From NCBI GenBank assembly GCA_023262965.1, contig JALQXX010000001.1, positions 22,581 through 86,580 of the forward strand: a stretch of 64,000 bases of DNA, written 5' to 3'. A program made the translations under genes and the position numbers. Shown here piece by piece: positions 33,271 through 41,690 of the stretch. The notes under the pieces are model-generated. The model was not told where the DNA came from, made no database searches, and saw nothing but the letters and a program-made list of their open reading frames with translations. Source of the DNA: Candidatus Marinamargulisbacteria bacterium. Lineage in GTDB: Bacteria > Margulisbacteria > Marinamargulisbacteria > UBA817. How positions within the stretch are numbered: the stretch's first letter is position 1; every line of letters begins with the position of its first letter.

Positions 33271-34236
33271 ATGGTTGAAAATTTGGATACATGGGTTCGT
33301 TTTGATCAAATTGATTCACATCATGGTGTTTTTGAGATGTCCCCTCTCGAGCGTGGGATGGGATTAACAATTGGAAATGCCTTGCGTCGTGTTGTTTTGT
33401 CATCGTTACAAGGGGTTGCTGCCACATCTATAAAGATAGATGGTGTCATTCATGAATTTGATTCAATTAAAGGGGTCCAGGAAGATGTTATTGATATTAT
33501 TTTTAATGTCAAGCTAGTTGTTTTTTCATTGTTTAATGATAAACAGTCGCGTACGATTCGATTGAATGTTTCGGGTCCTAAGGACGTTGTGGCCAGCGAT
33601 TTTATATTACCTCCAGATGTTACAATTGTTAACCCAGATCAGCATATTATGACAATAACAGAGTCCGTTGATGTGACCTTAGAGTTTAATGTTGAACAAA
33701 ATAATGGGTATCGTGCATCAGAGGATCAAGATCGATCGGAAGCAGAGGCTTCGCGTATCTTTTTGGATTCATCATTTTCACCTGTTGTTCGTGTGAATCA
33801 TTTGGTAGAAGATACGCGTGTTGGCCAAGCGTTTGATCATGATAAATTGATTATGGATATTTGGACAAACGGTAGTGTTTCAGCCGAAGACTGTATGAGA
33901 AAAGCTTCCTCTAAGCTAATGGAGAGTTTTAGTTTATTTGGTGAATTGAATCGTCGTCCCGTTTTTGAGGATGTTGATTTGAGTGAGGCATCTGAAGAAG
34001 TATCATTGTCACCGGGTGCAAAACGGGGGGTCTTGGATATTTTAGTAGAAGATTTGGAATTGTCAGCACGTTCTTTGAATTGCTTGAAGAAAGCCAATAT
34101 TAATACAGTTGCTGAATTAATGCGACGGGATATGTCCGATTTATATAATATTAAAAATTTTGGAAAGAAAAGTGCAGAGGAAATCAGCGCTAAATTGCGA
34201 GAGTATGATTTGTATCTAGCTGTAGACGAGGATTAA
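33271..34236 (+). CDS. rpoA: DNA-directed RNA polymerase subunit alpha
   Basis: NTD plus alpha-CTD; 321 aa. Confidence 0.93.
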   Translation: MVENLDTWVRFDQIDSHHGVFEMSPLERGMGLTIGNALRRVVLSSLQGVAATSIKIDGVIHEFDSIKGVQEDVIDIIFNVKLVVFSLFNDKQSRTIRLNVSGPKDVVASDFILPPDVTIVNPDQHIMTITESVDVTLEFNVEQNNGYRASEDQDRSEAEASRIFLDSSFSPVVRVNHLVEDTRVGQAFDHDKLIMDIWTNGSVSAEDCMRKASSKLMESFSLFGELNRRPVFEDVDLSEASEEVSLSPGAKRGVLDILVEDLELSARSLNCLKKANINTVAELMRRDMSDLYNIKNFGKKSAEEISAKLREYDLYLAVDED

Positions 34237-34237
34237 T

Positions 34238-34588
34238 ATGAGACATAAAAAAGGAAATAAAAAATTAAGTAAACCAACGGATCAGCGGATCGCTTTGTTG
34301 CGCTCACTGACGCTATCTTTAGTCAATCATTATCGAATACAAACAACGGATGTTCGTGCAAAAGAAACCCAACGATATGTAGAGCGGTTGATTACTCTTG
34401 GCAAGCAAGGTGATTTGCATGCGCGTCGTCAGGCCTTAAAGCTTTTGCCGAGCCCGGATGCTGTGAAAAAAATATTTGATGTTATTGCGGCAAGCTATGT
34501 CTCAAGAAATGGTGGGTATACTCGTCTGATTAAGGCGGGCCATAGACGAGGGGACGCATCGCCTGTAACCATTATTGAATTTGTCTGA
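34238..34588 (+). CDS. rplQ: 50S ribosomal protein L17
   Basis: L17 family. Confidence 0.93.
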   Translation: MRHKKGNKKLSKPTDQRIALLRSLTLSLVNHYRIQTTDVRAKETQRYVERLITLGKQGDLHARRQALKLLPSPDAVKKIFDVIAASYVSRNGGYTRLIKAGHRRGDASPVTIIEFV

Positions 34589-35354
34589 TACAGTACGCTA
34601 TAAGGGTGTTTTATCATACGCAGGGATCGGTTTTTGTGGATCCCAGGTTCAGGCGGGGGATGTTCGTACTGTTTTCGGTTTAGTTGAGAGTGTTTTGTCA
34701 TCTTTATTGAACCAATGTGTCCGTTGTGTTCCGGCCGGACGTACGGATAGTGGGGTGAGCGCTTCTTGTATGGTTTTTCATATGGATTCCCCGGCGTCAT
34801 TCAATGTCAGTCCCATTATTCGTTCGGTTAATCGGCATTTGAAATCATCAGGGATTATAATCAGAGCACTTGAAAAGACGGTTTCGGATTTTCACGCCAT
34901 TGCATCGGCAACGTTGCGAACATACACCTATTTTTTTACGTTTGATGCACGGATTCCACATTACTTATTACATGCTGTGGCGTATATTGATCGATCGCCC
35001 TTGTTTATTCCAACGGAATCTGAGATTGCATCTATTTTTTGTGGGACTAAAAATTTTGAATGGTTGTCGGCTAAATCAAATGCCCCATCTACAATTCGAT
35101 CCATCCAATCAATCACGTTTGATGAAATGACCTATAACGGACTATGGTATCAACCGTGTGTGATCTACCGTTTCACAATATCAGCTTCGGGATTCTTGTA
35201 CCGTATGGTTCGAAATATTACCGGATTGCTCTTGCATTCTATGGTGAACTTTACTAATATGAGTAAACTAAGAGACTATCTATGCATTCATCGGGTTGTG
35301 AGGTATCGACTTGCTCCCGCTCAAGGATTGCATTTGACAGATATCGTATACTAA
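34575..35354 (+). CDS. truA: tRNA pseudouridine(38-40) synthase TruA (TTG start)
   Basis: Catalytic AGRTDSGVSA motif; rplQ-truA-rplM-rpsI order as in Firmicutes. Confidence 0.85.
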   Translation: MNLSDTVRYKGVLSYAGIGFCGSQVQAGDVRTVFGLVESVLSSLLNQCVRCVPAGRTDSGVSASCMVFHMDSPASFNVSPIIRSVNRHLKSSGIIIRALEKTVSDFHAIASATLRTYTYFFTFDARIPHYLLHAVAYIDRSPLFIPTESEIASIFCGTKNFEWLSAKSNAPSTIRSIQSITFDEMTYNGLWYQPCVIYRFTISASGFLYRMVRNITGLLLHSMVNFTNMSKLRDYLCIHRVVRYRLAPAQGLHLTDIVY

Positions 35355-35374
35355 ATTAAGGTGGTTTATTAATT

Positions 35375-35821
35375 ATGAAAAAAAAACAGATTCGATCCTT
35401 TTATCCAACAAAAGATAACACAAAAGAGTCTTGGGTTGTTTATGATGCAGGGGGGCAGGTTTTGGGGCGTGCCGCTTCAGAGATTGCTTCGTTAGTGTTA
35501 GGGAAATACTTGCCTGAGTATACACCAGGAGGTGATAATCGACAGTTTGTTATTGTGATTAATGCCAGCAAGGTGATGGTCACCGGAAAAAAAATGACCG
35601 ACAAAATGTATTATCGCCATTCTGGGTATCCCGGTGGGCTGAAAGCCACGTCATTGCGTCATTTAATGGAAAAAAAACCAACTGAGGCACTTCGAAAAGC
35701 GGTTAATGGCATGTTACCCCACAATTCATATGGCCGTAATCTTCAATCGAAGGTGTTTTATTATGCCAACGATGCCCATCGCCATGAAGCGCAGCAGCCA
35801 ACACATTTTACGAAAGGATAG
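35375..35821 (+). CDS. rplM: 50S ribosomal protein L13
   Basis: L13 family. Confidence 0.93.
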   Translation: MKKKQIRSFYPTKDNTKESWVVYDAGGQVLGRAASEIASLVLGKYLPEYTPGGDNRQFVIVINASKVMVTGKKMTDKMYYRHSGYPGGLKATSLRHLMEKKPTEALRKAVNGMLPHNSYGRNLQSKVFYYANDAHRHEAQQPTHFTKG

Positions 35822-35824
35822 ACT

Positions 35825-36403
35825 ATGACAGAGGATACAAAAAAGAAGTCAAAAAAAACCGTGGCATCAAATCAAAAAAAAGAAGCGCCAAAAAAGAAAG
35901 TTGTTCTAAAAAAGAAGGCTTTAGAATCGGATTCCGCTCCCAAAAAGAAGACTGTGATAACAAAAGAGTCTACACCCACAGCTACAGCTAAGAAAAGACC
36001 TGCAATGAGCGTTCCTAAAGAATATATATACGCTACGGGTAGACGAAAATCGTCTGTTGCTAAAGTATGGTTATTTAAAGGTAACGGGCGTGTCCAGATT
36101 AATCGACAAGATCCGTTGGTGTATTTGTCATCGGAACGATTGATTTCAAAGGTTATGTTTCCGCTTAATTTGATGGACTTAGCATCTTCGTATGATGTTC
36201 GTGTTGACGTTTTGGGCGGTGGGTTGGCCGGCCAAGCTGACGCCGCTACCTTGGGCGTATCCAGAGCTGTTTTAGCAATTAGTGAAGATTTTCGAAAATC
36301 GTTGCGTGAGCATGGTTTATTGACGCAAGATCGACGTGAAAAGGAGCGTAAAAAATATGGTAAGCGCGGCGCACGAAAAAGTCCACAGTTTAGAAAACGA
36401 TAG
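35825..36403 (+). CDS. rpsI: 30S ribosomal protein S9 with a ~60-aa lysine-rich N-terminal extension
   Basis: S9 core YIYATGRRKSSVAKVW...KYGKRGARKSPQFRKR preceded by a KKK-rich low-complexity tail. Confidence 0.92.
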   Translation: MTEDTKKKSKKTVASNQKKEAPKKKVVLKKKALESDSAPKKKTVITKESTPTATAKKRPAMSVPKEYIYATGRRKSSVAKVWLFKGNGRVQINRQDPLVYLSSERLISKVMFPLNLMDLASSYDVRVDVLGGGLAGQADAATLGVSRAVLAISEDFRKSLREHGLLTQDRREKERKKYGKRGARKSPQFRKR

Positions 36404-37586
36404 ATCTTCCATTTTTCGTATAAAGACATATAACAAGATTTCATCCAAAGGGTTAAGTTTATTCCCATTGGATCATTTTGAAATTTCATCGGACTTACTT
36501 CATCCCCATGCATACATTTTGCGAAGTCAACATATATGGGATGATCCATTGCCCGGCACGGTAATGGCTATTGGGCGCGCAGGTGCTGGGGTTAATAATA
36601 TTCCGGTTGAGCTGTGTACAGAAAAAGGGATTGTCGTTTTCAATACCCCCGGGGCAAATGCCAATGCCGTCAAAGAATTGGTGATTGCGGGGATGTTGTT
36701 GGCAGCACGAGATATTGTTGGGGGCATTAATTATGTGAATAGTATTGCTGCTGATCCCGATATGGTGGCCTTAGTAGAAGCCAATAAATCCCGTTTTAAA
36801 GGATATGAGTTGGCGGGGAAACGGTTGGGGGTAATTGGCTTGGGCGCTATTGGTATCCAGGTGGCCAATGCGGGCTTAAGTTTGGGAATGTCGGTTAAAG
36901 GGTATGATCCGTTTATTTCGGTTGATGCAGCATGGGAGTTATCACGTGATGTGGAGCGATCAAATAGTTTGGAGCATTTGATGAGAACGTCGGATTTTAT
37001 TAGTGTTCACGTGCCTTATAATGATAAAACACGTGGATTTATTCATGCTGATCGTATTCAAATGATGGCGAAGGGCGCGGTTCTTTTGAATTTCTCGAGA
37101 CACGAGTTGGTTGACGAATCCGCTATGATAACAGCACTTCAACAAAATGCCATTCGATCCTATGTCAGTGATTTTCCAAATCCGAGGTTGGCTGGGGTAC
37201 CCAATGTTATATCCATTCCGCATTTGGGGGCATCGACTGCTGAAGCAGAGGATAATTGTGCCATTATGGTCTCAAAAAATGTTCGGGATTTTTTAATAAG
37301 TGGGGCTATTCGGCATTCGGTGAATTTTCCGAGCATATACATGGATCGATCGGCGCCATTTCGAATTGCTGTTGTTAACAAAAATGTGCCAAAGGTTATT
37401 GGTAAAATTACATCGGTTATTGCTGATGCGGGCGCTAATATTGCTGAAATGGCCAATAAAAGCCGGGATAATATCGCGTATACCATTATTGATTTAGAAA
37501 CGCCGGTGTCCGATGACACGTTGGGGGCACTGGTGAATTTAGATGATGTCGTTCGTGTTCGTCGATTGCCCACCATTGAGGGGTAG
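36357..37586 (+). CDS. serA: D-3-phosphoglycerate dehydrogenase (2-hydroxyacid dehydrogenase with C-terminal ACT domain)
   Basis: NAD-binding GLGAIGIQVA, catalytic region, C-terminal ACT; start chosen at the ATG 10 nt after AAGGAG, overlapping the rpsI 3' end. Confidence 0.8.
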   Translation: MVSAAHEKVHSLENDRSSIFRIKTYNKISSKGLSLFPLDHFEISSDLLHPHAYILRSQHIWDDPLPGTVMAIGRAGAGVNNIPVELCTEKGIVVFNTPGANANAVKELVIAGMLLAARDIVGGINYVNSIAADPDMVALVEANKSRFKGYELAGKRLGVIGLGAIGIQVANAGLSLGMSVKGYDPFISVDAAWELSRDVERSNSLEHLMRTSDFISVHVPYNDKTRGFIHADRIQMMAKGAVLLNFSRHELVDESAMITALQQNAIRSYVSDFPNPRLAGVPNVISIPHLGASTAEAEDNCAIMVSKNVRDFLISGAIRHSVNFPSIYMDRSAPFRIAVVNKNVPKVIGKITSVIADAGANIAEMANKSRDNIAYTIIDLETPVSDDTLGALVNLDDVVRVRRLPTIEG

Positions 37587-37828
37587 TGATTGATGGGGGG
37601 GGCTTAATAATGGTTTGGATGCGTCGGTTAAACATTATTATTTAAATCGTGTATTTTTATTTGCCATCTCTTTTTTAACCATATTTAAGAGGCTTGTTTT
37701 TGTGATACATTTTTGTTGGAAGACAGGCATTGGCACTAACGGTATGATTGGACCGAATGGTTGGTCTACCCGACAATATGGTTGTGTTGATTCTAAAGGT
37801 TTGAGAGACCAATATCGATAATTTGGGT

Positions 37829-38773
37829 ATGAATTGCTATGCATTGAGTAAACGATGGTTGATAATGGGATTGATTGGACTATCTTCATATGCAGTATGG
37901 GCTAATTTTGATGATGTGGATTATGATTTTGCGATATCGGAGCGTCGATATGCTGATGCGTTGCGTATTTTGAATAACAAGCCTGACGATAAGCGAACTA
38001 TTCCAGAAATCAATTTAATCGCCGATTTGACACTTATCATGGATGTTGATGGATTGGCGTGGCCACGTGATACAGTTGCTTTGCGTGAAAGTGATGTGGA
38101 TCCCGAGATACGTAATCAGGTGGCGGGGTATTTAAATGCTGCGTATGATCGATTTTTGAATAACGAAAAATCAACAGCGCGATTGGTGCTGCTGCAGATT
38201 TTATATATTTATCCGGATTATCCAAAGGCCCAACATTTTTTGGCCAAAGCGTTTCAACTGTACCCCGGATCGTATAAAGTGGTTAACCAAGAAGATCGGT
38301 TGCTGAAACGAAGTGATAATTATTTTTATGGGGGTAATTATTTGAAAGCCGTGGAGGACTTGTCGGTTTTGATTGTGTTGAGAAACGATAACCCTATTTT
38401 GCATGAAAAATTGGGGTCCGCGTATTACATGATGAATGAAAAACAAAAGGCCATCGAATCATGGACTACAGCGGTATTTTTTAACTCACAAAATTCAGAA
38501 TTGGAAGAACTGATTGAGGCGACTACAGAGTATTTGGCTAAGGAAAGCCTTCAGCCGAATACCGTTAGTTCTGAAGCCACCACCGTTGTTATGGATGATC
38601 CCCAAGTGATGGGCGTGTTTAAGCAGCAATCCGATGCATTTGATTTGAGGAAAGGACTACAAGAGCAAGGATTAACGGTTCGGATTGATAATGATGCCGA
38701 TGGCAAGTGGGTGGTGTATGTGTCTCAAAAAGAACTTCGCGAAAAAAATGCTGAAAAAAAGGGGGATAAATAA
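37829..38773 (+). CDS. exported TPR-repeat protein with a C-terminal SPOR (septal peptidoglycan-binding) domain
   Basis: N-terminal hydrophobic anchor/signal (RWLIMGLIGLSSYAVWA); TPR-like helical repeats; C-terminal VMGVFKQQSDAFDLRKGLQEQGLTVRI...WVVYV resembles SPOR; the stop lies 3 nt before the next gene. Start could be TTG 37823. Confidence 0.6.
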   Translation: MNCYALSKRWLIMGLIGLSSYAVWANFDDVDYDFAISERRYADALRILNNKPDDKRTIPEINLIADLTLIMDVDGLAWPRDTVALRESDVDPEIRNQVAGYLNAAYDRFLNNEKSTARLVLLQILYIYPDYPKAQHFLAKAFQLYPGSYKVVNQEDRLLKRSDNYFYGGNYLKAVEDLSVLIVLRNDNPILHEKLGSAYYMMNEKQKAIESWTTAVFFNSQNSELEELIEATTEYLAKESLQPNTVSSEATTVVMDDPQVMGVFKQQSDAFDLRKGLQEQGLTVRIDNDADGKWVVYVSQKELREKNAEKKGDK

Positions 38774-38775
38774 TC

Positions 38776-40230
38776 ATGTCGATAGGTAGCTATGGTAATG
38801 TTACAATTGCAGTACTCATTACTGCTATCATTGGTGTTGGCGTCCCGGTATTTTCCAATGTTATTGATCAAACAACCCTGCAGGACACACTTCAATCAAA
38901 AGCGCAACATGTTTTGGATACCATGTATGGCAAGGGGCTTTTTGCTGTGTCCGTTGATGTCACCATGGCGAATGAATCATGGCGTGTAAATTACACAGAT
39001 CGTGCAAATATATCCTTTGAAGAAAAGAAAGATACCTCGTTAGAAAAATACAATGTCTTACCAGGATATGCCGCTATTAAAAATTTATCCCCGAATGAAC
39101 TGGTTCAATTGCCATTTAATGCAACCATTACAAAAATTCCCGGGGCAATTATATCAATTAAATTAACCGTTTTTGCATCAAAGACCGTTCCCAAGCAGCG
39201 TGTGAAGGATGTGGATAAGCTGTTGACCAAATTGCTTGACTTGCAACCGGAACGGGGGGACGGGATTGCGGTTGTGTTTGAAGAATTTCCAGCGATTATA
39301 CAATCCCAAATCCAAGAAACAAAAATTCCATTGGAAGGTAAATTGATGATGGCCCTATTAGCGTTAACATCGGTGGCTCTTCTAGTGTATATTATGCTTA
39401 AAATTAAGCAATTAGGCATTAATAGAGAGTCGGTTAATGCCCAGTTAAAAATGGCGAAAGCCGCTGCAATAGCCAACACAACGGGGGGAATGGCGGATTC
39501 GGTTGGGGATGATAACCCATCGATGGATGCGGTTCATTCCGAGGGGGCATCGGGTTTCTTCAGTTTTATTGGCAACCATCAATCCAATCAATTGCTATCG
39601 ATTCTTAAAAAGAATGCCTTTTCTGTGGAGGAGTTGGCCATGATTGTGTCGTATTTATCGCCAAAAATGGCGCATCAGGTTATGGCATTTTTACCCATTG
39701 ATAAGCAAGTTGAATTAATTAAAATACTGATTAATGAGCAAACCGTTGAGCGGGATCGATTGGTTAAGATTGAAGGCAATATTAAGCATAAATTGGAATG
39801 TATGGTGGGTGGTGCGGATAAATTGATTCGATTGATTGGACGATTTGATGACGAGGCTAAGAAGCAATTTCTACGTGTTGTTGAAGAAAGTGCCGATGTA
39901 TATAATGTGGTTCGTTCGCAAATATTCTTGTTTGATGATATTCAAACATTGAGCAGTGCTGAAATTAAAAAAGTTATTGGGCGTATTAAGTTAGAAGTAT
40001 TGGCAATGTCGCTTATGAAGGGTCCCACAAATGCGATTAAACATCTGAAATCCAATTTGAGTAGCAGCGCTCAAGCCATGGTGTCCCAGTTTGTTGAATT
40101 GAAAAAAGACAGTGTTTCGGATAGTGATATTCACGGTGCACAGCAGCAGATTATTCGGGTGATGCATGACCTGCATGCCAGTGGCCAAATCGATGTTGTG
40201 TCAAAGGTGCTCAAGGGAGTAAAGGGGTAA
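38776..40230 (+). CDS. membrane protein: FliF-like two-TM periplasmic ring region fused to FliG middle and C-terminal domains
   Basis: TM1 near residue 10 and TM2 near residue 190 flank a ~170-aa periplasmic segment. The cytoplasmic residues ~260-484 align along their whole length with FliG_M/FliG_C (FSF...LSIL...AMIVSYLSP...QVMAFLP...QVELIK; VGGADK; VRSQIFLFDDIQTLSSAEIKKVIGRI...LAMSLMKG...QQQIIRVMHDLHASGQIDV). Confidence 0.75.
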   Translation: MSIGSYGNVTIAVLITAIIGVGVPVFSNVIDQTTLQDTLQSKAQHVLDTMYGKGLFAVSVDVTMANESWRVNYTDRANISFEEKKDTSLEKYNVLPGYAAIKNLSPNELVQLPFNATITKIPGAIISIKLTVFASKTVPKQRVKDVDKLLTKLLDLQPERGDGIAVVFEEFPAIIQSQIQETKIPLEGKLMMALLALTSVALLVYIMLKIKQLGINRESVNAQLKMAKAAAIANTTGGMADSVGDDNPSMDAVHSEGASGFFSFIGNHQSNQLLSILKKNAFSVEELAMIVSYLSPKMAHQVMAFLPIDKQVELIKILINEQTVERDRLVKIEGNIKHKLECMVGGADKLIRLIGRFDDEAKKQFLRVVEESADVYNVVRSQIFLFDDIQTLSSAEIKKVIGRIKLEVLAMSLMKGPTNAIKHLKSNLSSSAQAMVSQFVELKKDSVSDSDIHGAQQQIIRVMHDLHASGQIDVVSKVLKGVKG

Positions 40231-40234
40231 CGTC

Positions 40235-41017
40235 ATGCATATAATGATTTTAATGGGATTGGCTCTATCGGTTATAACCTTATTTTATGGGGTGCCGGAT
40301 TTATGGGATAATGCCGGTGTTTATTTGGATGGGCGCTCATTTTTGTTTGTTTTTGGGGGAGCGTTAGGGGCAACCATGATATCCATAACGCCCAAAGAAT
40401 TTTTGTCAATTATAAAAATATTGACGGGCTATATGTTTATAACATCAAAAGCATTAAATAATTACGATGTTGTATATACACTTATCGAAATATCCGAGGT
40501 GGCCAATCGGTCTGGAAAAGAAGCCGTACTGGATATGGGAAAGGCCCTTGGGGATGGCTTTTTGGATCGCGCATTGGTACTAATGGGGGCGGGTTTGGAG
40601 CGATCATTTGTGCAAACTGTTCTCGAAACCGATATTTTTGAAGAAAAAAGTCGTCATGCCCAGATGATTGTATTTATACGAACAATGGGGTCTTCGGGAC
40701 CTATGTTTGGTATGTTGGGAACCGTTATGGGGATTATGAAAGTGTTACAAAACGTTACGGATATTGATTCGGTTGTGTCGGGTATGGGACTGGCGCTGTT
40801 AACCACCATGTATGGATTAATTTTATCGGCGGTTTATTTTATTCCATTGGCCAATCGACTGAAACGCATGAATGATGAAAATGCTCTCACCAAGGAGATT
40901 ATCATGGAGGGCGTTCTGGCCATTATGGATGACAATATTCCATTAATGGTTGAGAAAAAATTGCTGGCGTATCTACAGTCTAAAGACAAGAGAAACAAAA
41001 AAGAAGTTAAAAGGTAG
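40235..41017 (+). CDS. motA: MotA/PomA-type stator proton-channel protein (4 TM)
   Basis: Two N-terminal TMs, a ~100-aa cytoplasmic loop, TM3 with SGPMFGMLGTVMGIM (Pro-containing), TM4, and a ~55-aa C-tail. This is MotA topology, not the 3-TM TolQ/ExbB. Confidence 0.75.
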   Translation: MHIMILMGLALSVITLFYGVPDLWDNAGVYLDGRSFLFVFGGALGATMISITPKEFLSIIKILTGYMFITSKALNNYDVVYTLIEISEVANRSGKEAVLDMGKALGDGFLDRALVLMGAGLERSFVQTVLETDIFEEKSRHAQMIVFIRTMGSSGPMFGMLGTVMGIMKVLQNVTDIDSVVSGMGLALLTTMYGLILSAVYFIPLANRLKRMNDENALTKEIIMEGVLAIMDDNIPLMVEKKLLAYLQSKDKRNKKEVKR

Positions 41018-41022
41018 TAATC

Positions 41023-41685
41023 TTGTTTAAAAATAGAGTTTCTGAAGAAATGTCGGGTTCAGAAAATGAGTTTTCCGTGGTGTTTTCCGATATTATGTCA
41101 TTTATTGCTGGATTATTTATTTTGCTTTTTACAATTGCAAACAGTCAAAATAGTATTTCGGATTATTTATCAGAGATGGGGCTTCGTGTGGGCGGGAAAA
41201 ACGTTGAACAGACACAGAAAACAACATCGGAGGACTTGTTTGTTAGCGAGATAAAAAACTTTATTCAAGATGAGCGATTAAGTCAGTATGCAATTATTTT
41301 GGTGGATGAGCAGCTCATTCGAATTATTTTTAATGACCCTATTTTATTTAAATCGGGAACCGATGTATTATTGCCCGAGTCAACCGCTGTGTTGAATGGG
41401 TTTATTGCGATTGTCAAACGTGTGGATAATCCGTTGTGGATTGAAGGGCATACGGATAATTTTCCGGTAAATCCAGGCGGTTTGTTTCGATCTAATTGGG
41501 ATTTGGCCTATTATCGGGCCTCTGCGGTTGCCAATTATATGATGTCAAAGGGAATTCCGCCCTCACGATTGGCTGTTATTAGTTATGGCGATCAACGGCC
41601 AATGACATCCAATGCAACGGTTAACGGTCGTAAAAAGAATCGGCGAATTGAAATTGGTATTGTTCGTGTCAAACGTACGGACTAA
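41023..41685 (+). CDS. motB: MotB-type stator protein (TM helix with a conserved Asp plus an OmpA-like peptidoglycan-binding domain)
   Basis: FSDIMSFIAGLFILLF matches the MotB plug/TM Asp segment (YADFMTAMMAFF); C-terminal IEGHTDN...RRIEIGIV is an OmpA/MotB domain. Start is TTG 41023 or ATG 41050. Confidence 0.75.
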   Translation: MFKNRVSEEMSGSENEFSVVFSDIMSFIAGLFILLFTIANSQNSISDYLSEMGLRVGGKNVEQTQKTTSEDLFVSEIKNFIQDERLSQYAIILVDEQLIRIIFNDPILFKSGTDVLLPESTAVLNGFIAIVKRVDNPLWIEGHTDNFPVNPGGLFRSNWDLAYYRASAVANYMMSKGIPPSRLAVISYGDQRPMTSNATVNGRKKNRRIEIGIVRVKRTD

Positions 41686-41690
41686 ATGAA

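Noticed and set aside
35872-36549. 225-aa minus-strand ORF
   Set aside because: It lies fully antisense to rpsI and the serA 5' end. It has no recognisable motifs and an odd composition; it is a shadow ORF of the conserved genes.
37615-37821. 68-aa ORF between serA and the SPOR gene
   Set aside because: No motifs and no RBS; likely an intergenic or promoter region for the motor operon.
40235-41685. Considered Tol-Pal (TolQ/TolR), ExbBD, Zorya (ZorAB) or GldLM identities for the MotA/MotB pair
   Set aside because: The channel protein has the 4-TM MotA topology, not the 3-TM TolQ/ExbB. It has no long ZorA-like C-terminal tail. The partner has a MotB-type OmpA domain, which TolR/ExbD lack. The adjacent gene is FliG-homologous rather than ZorC/D or GldM-like.
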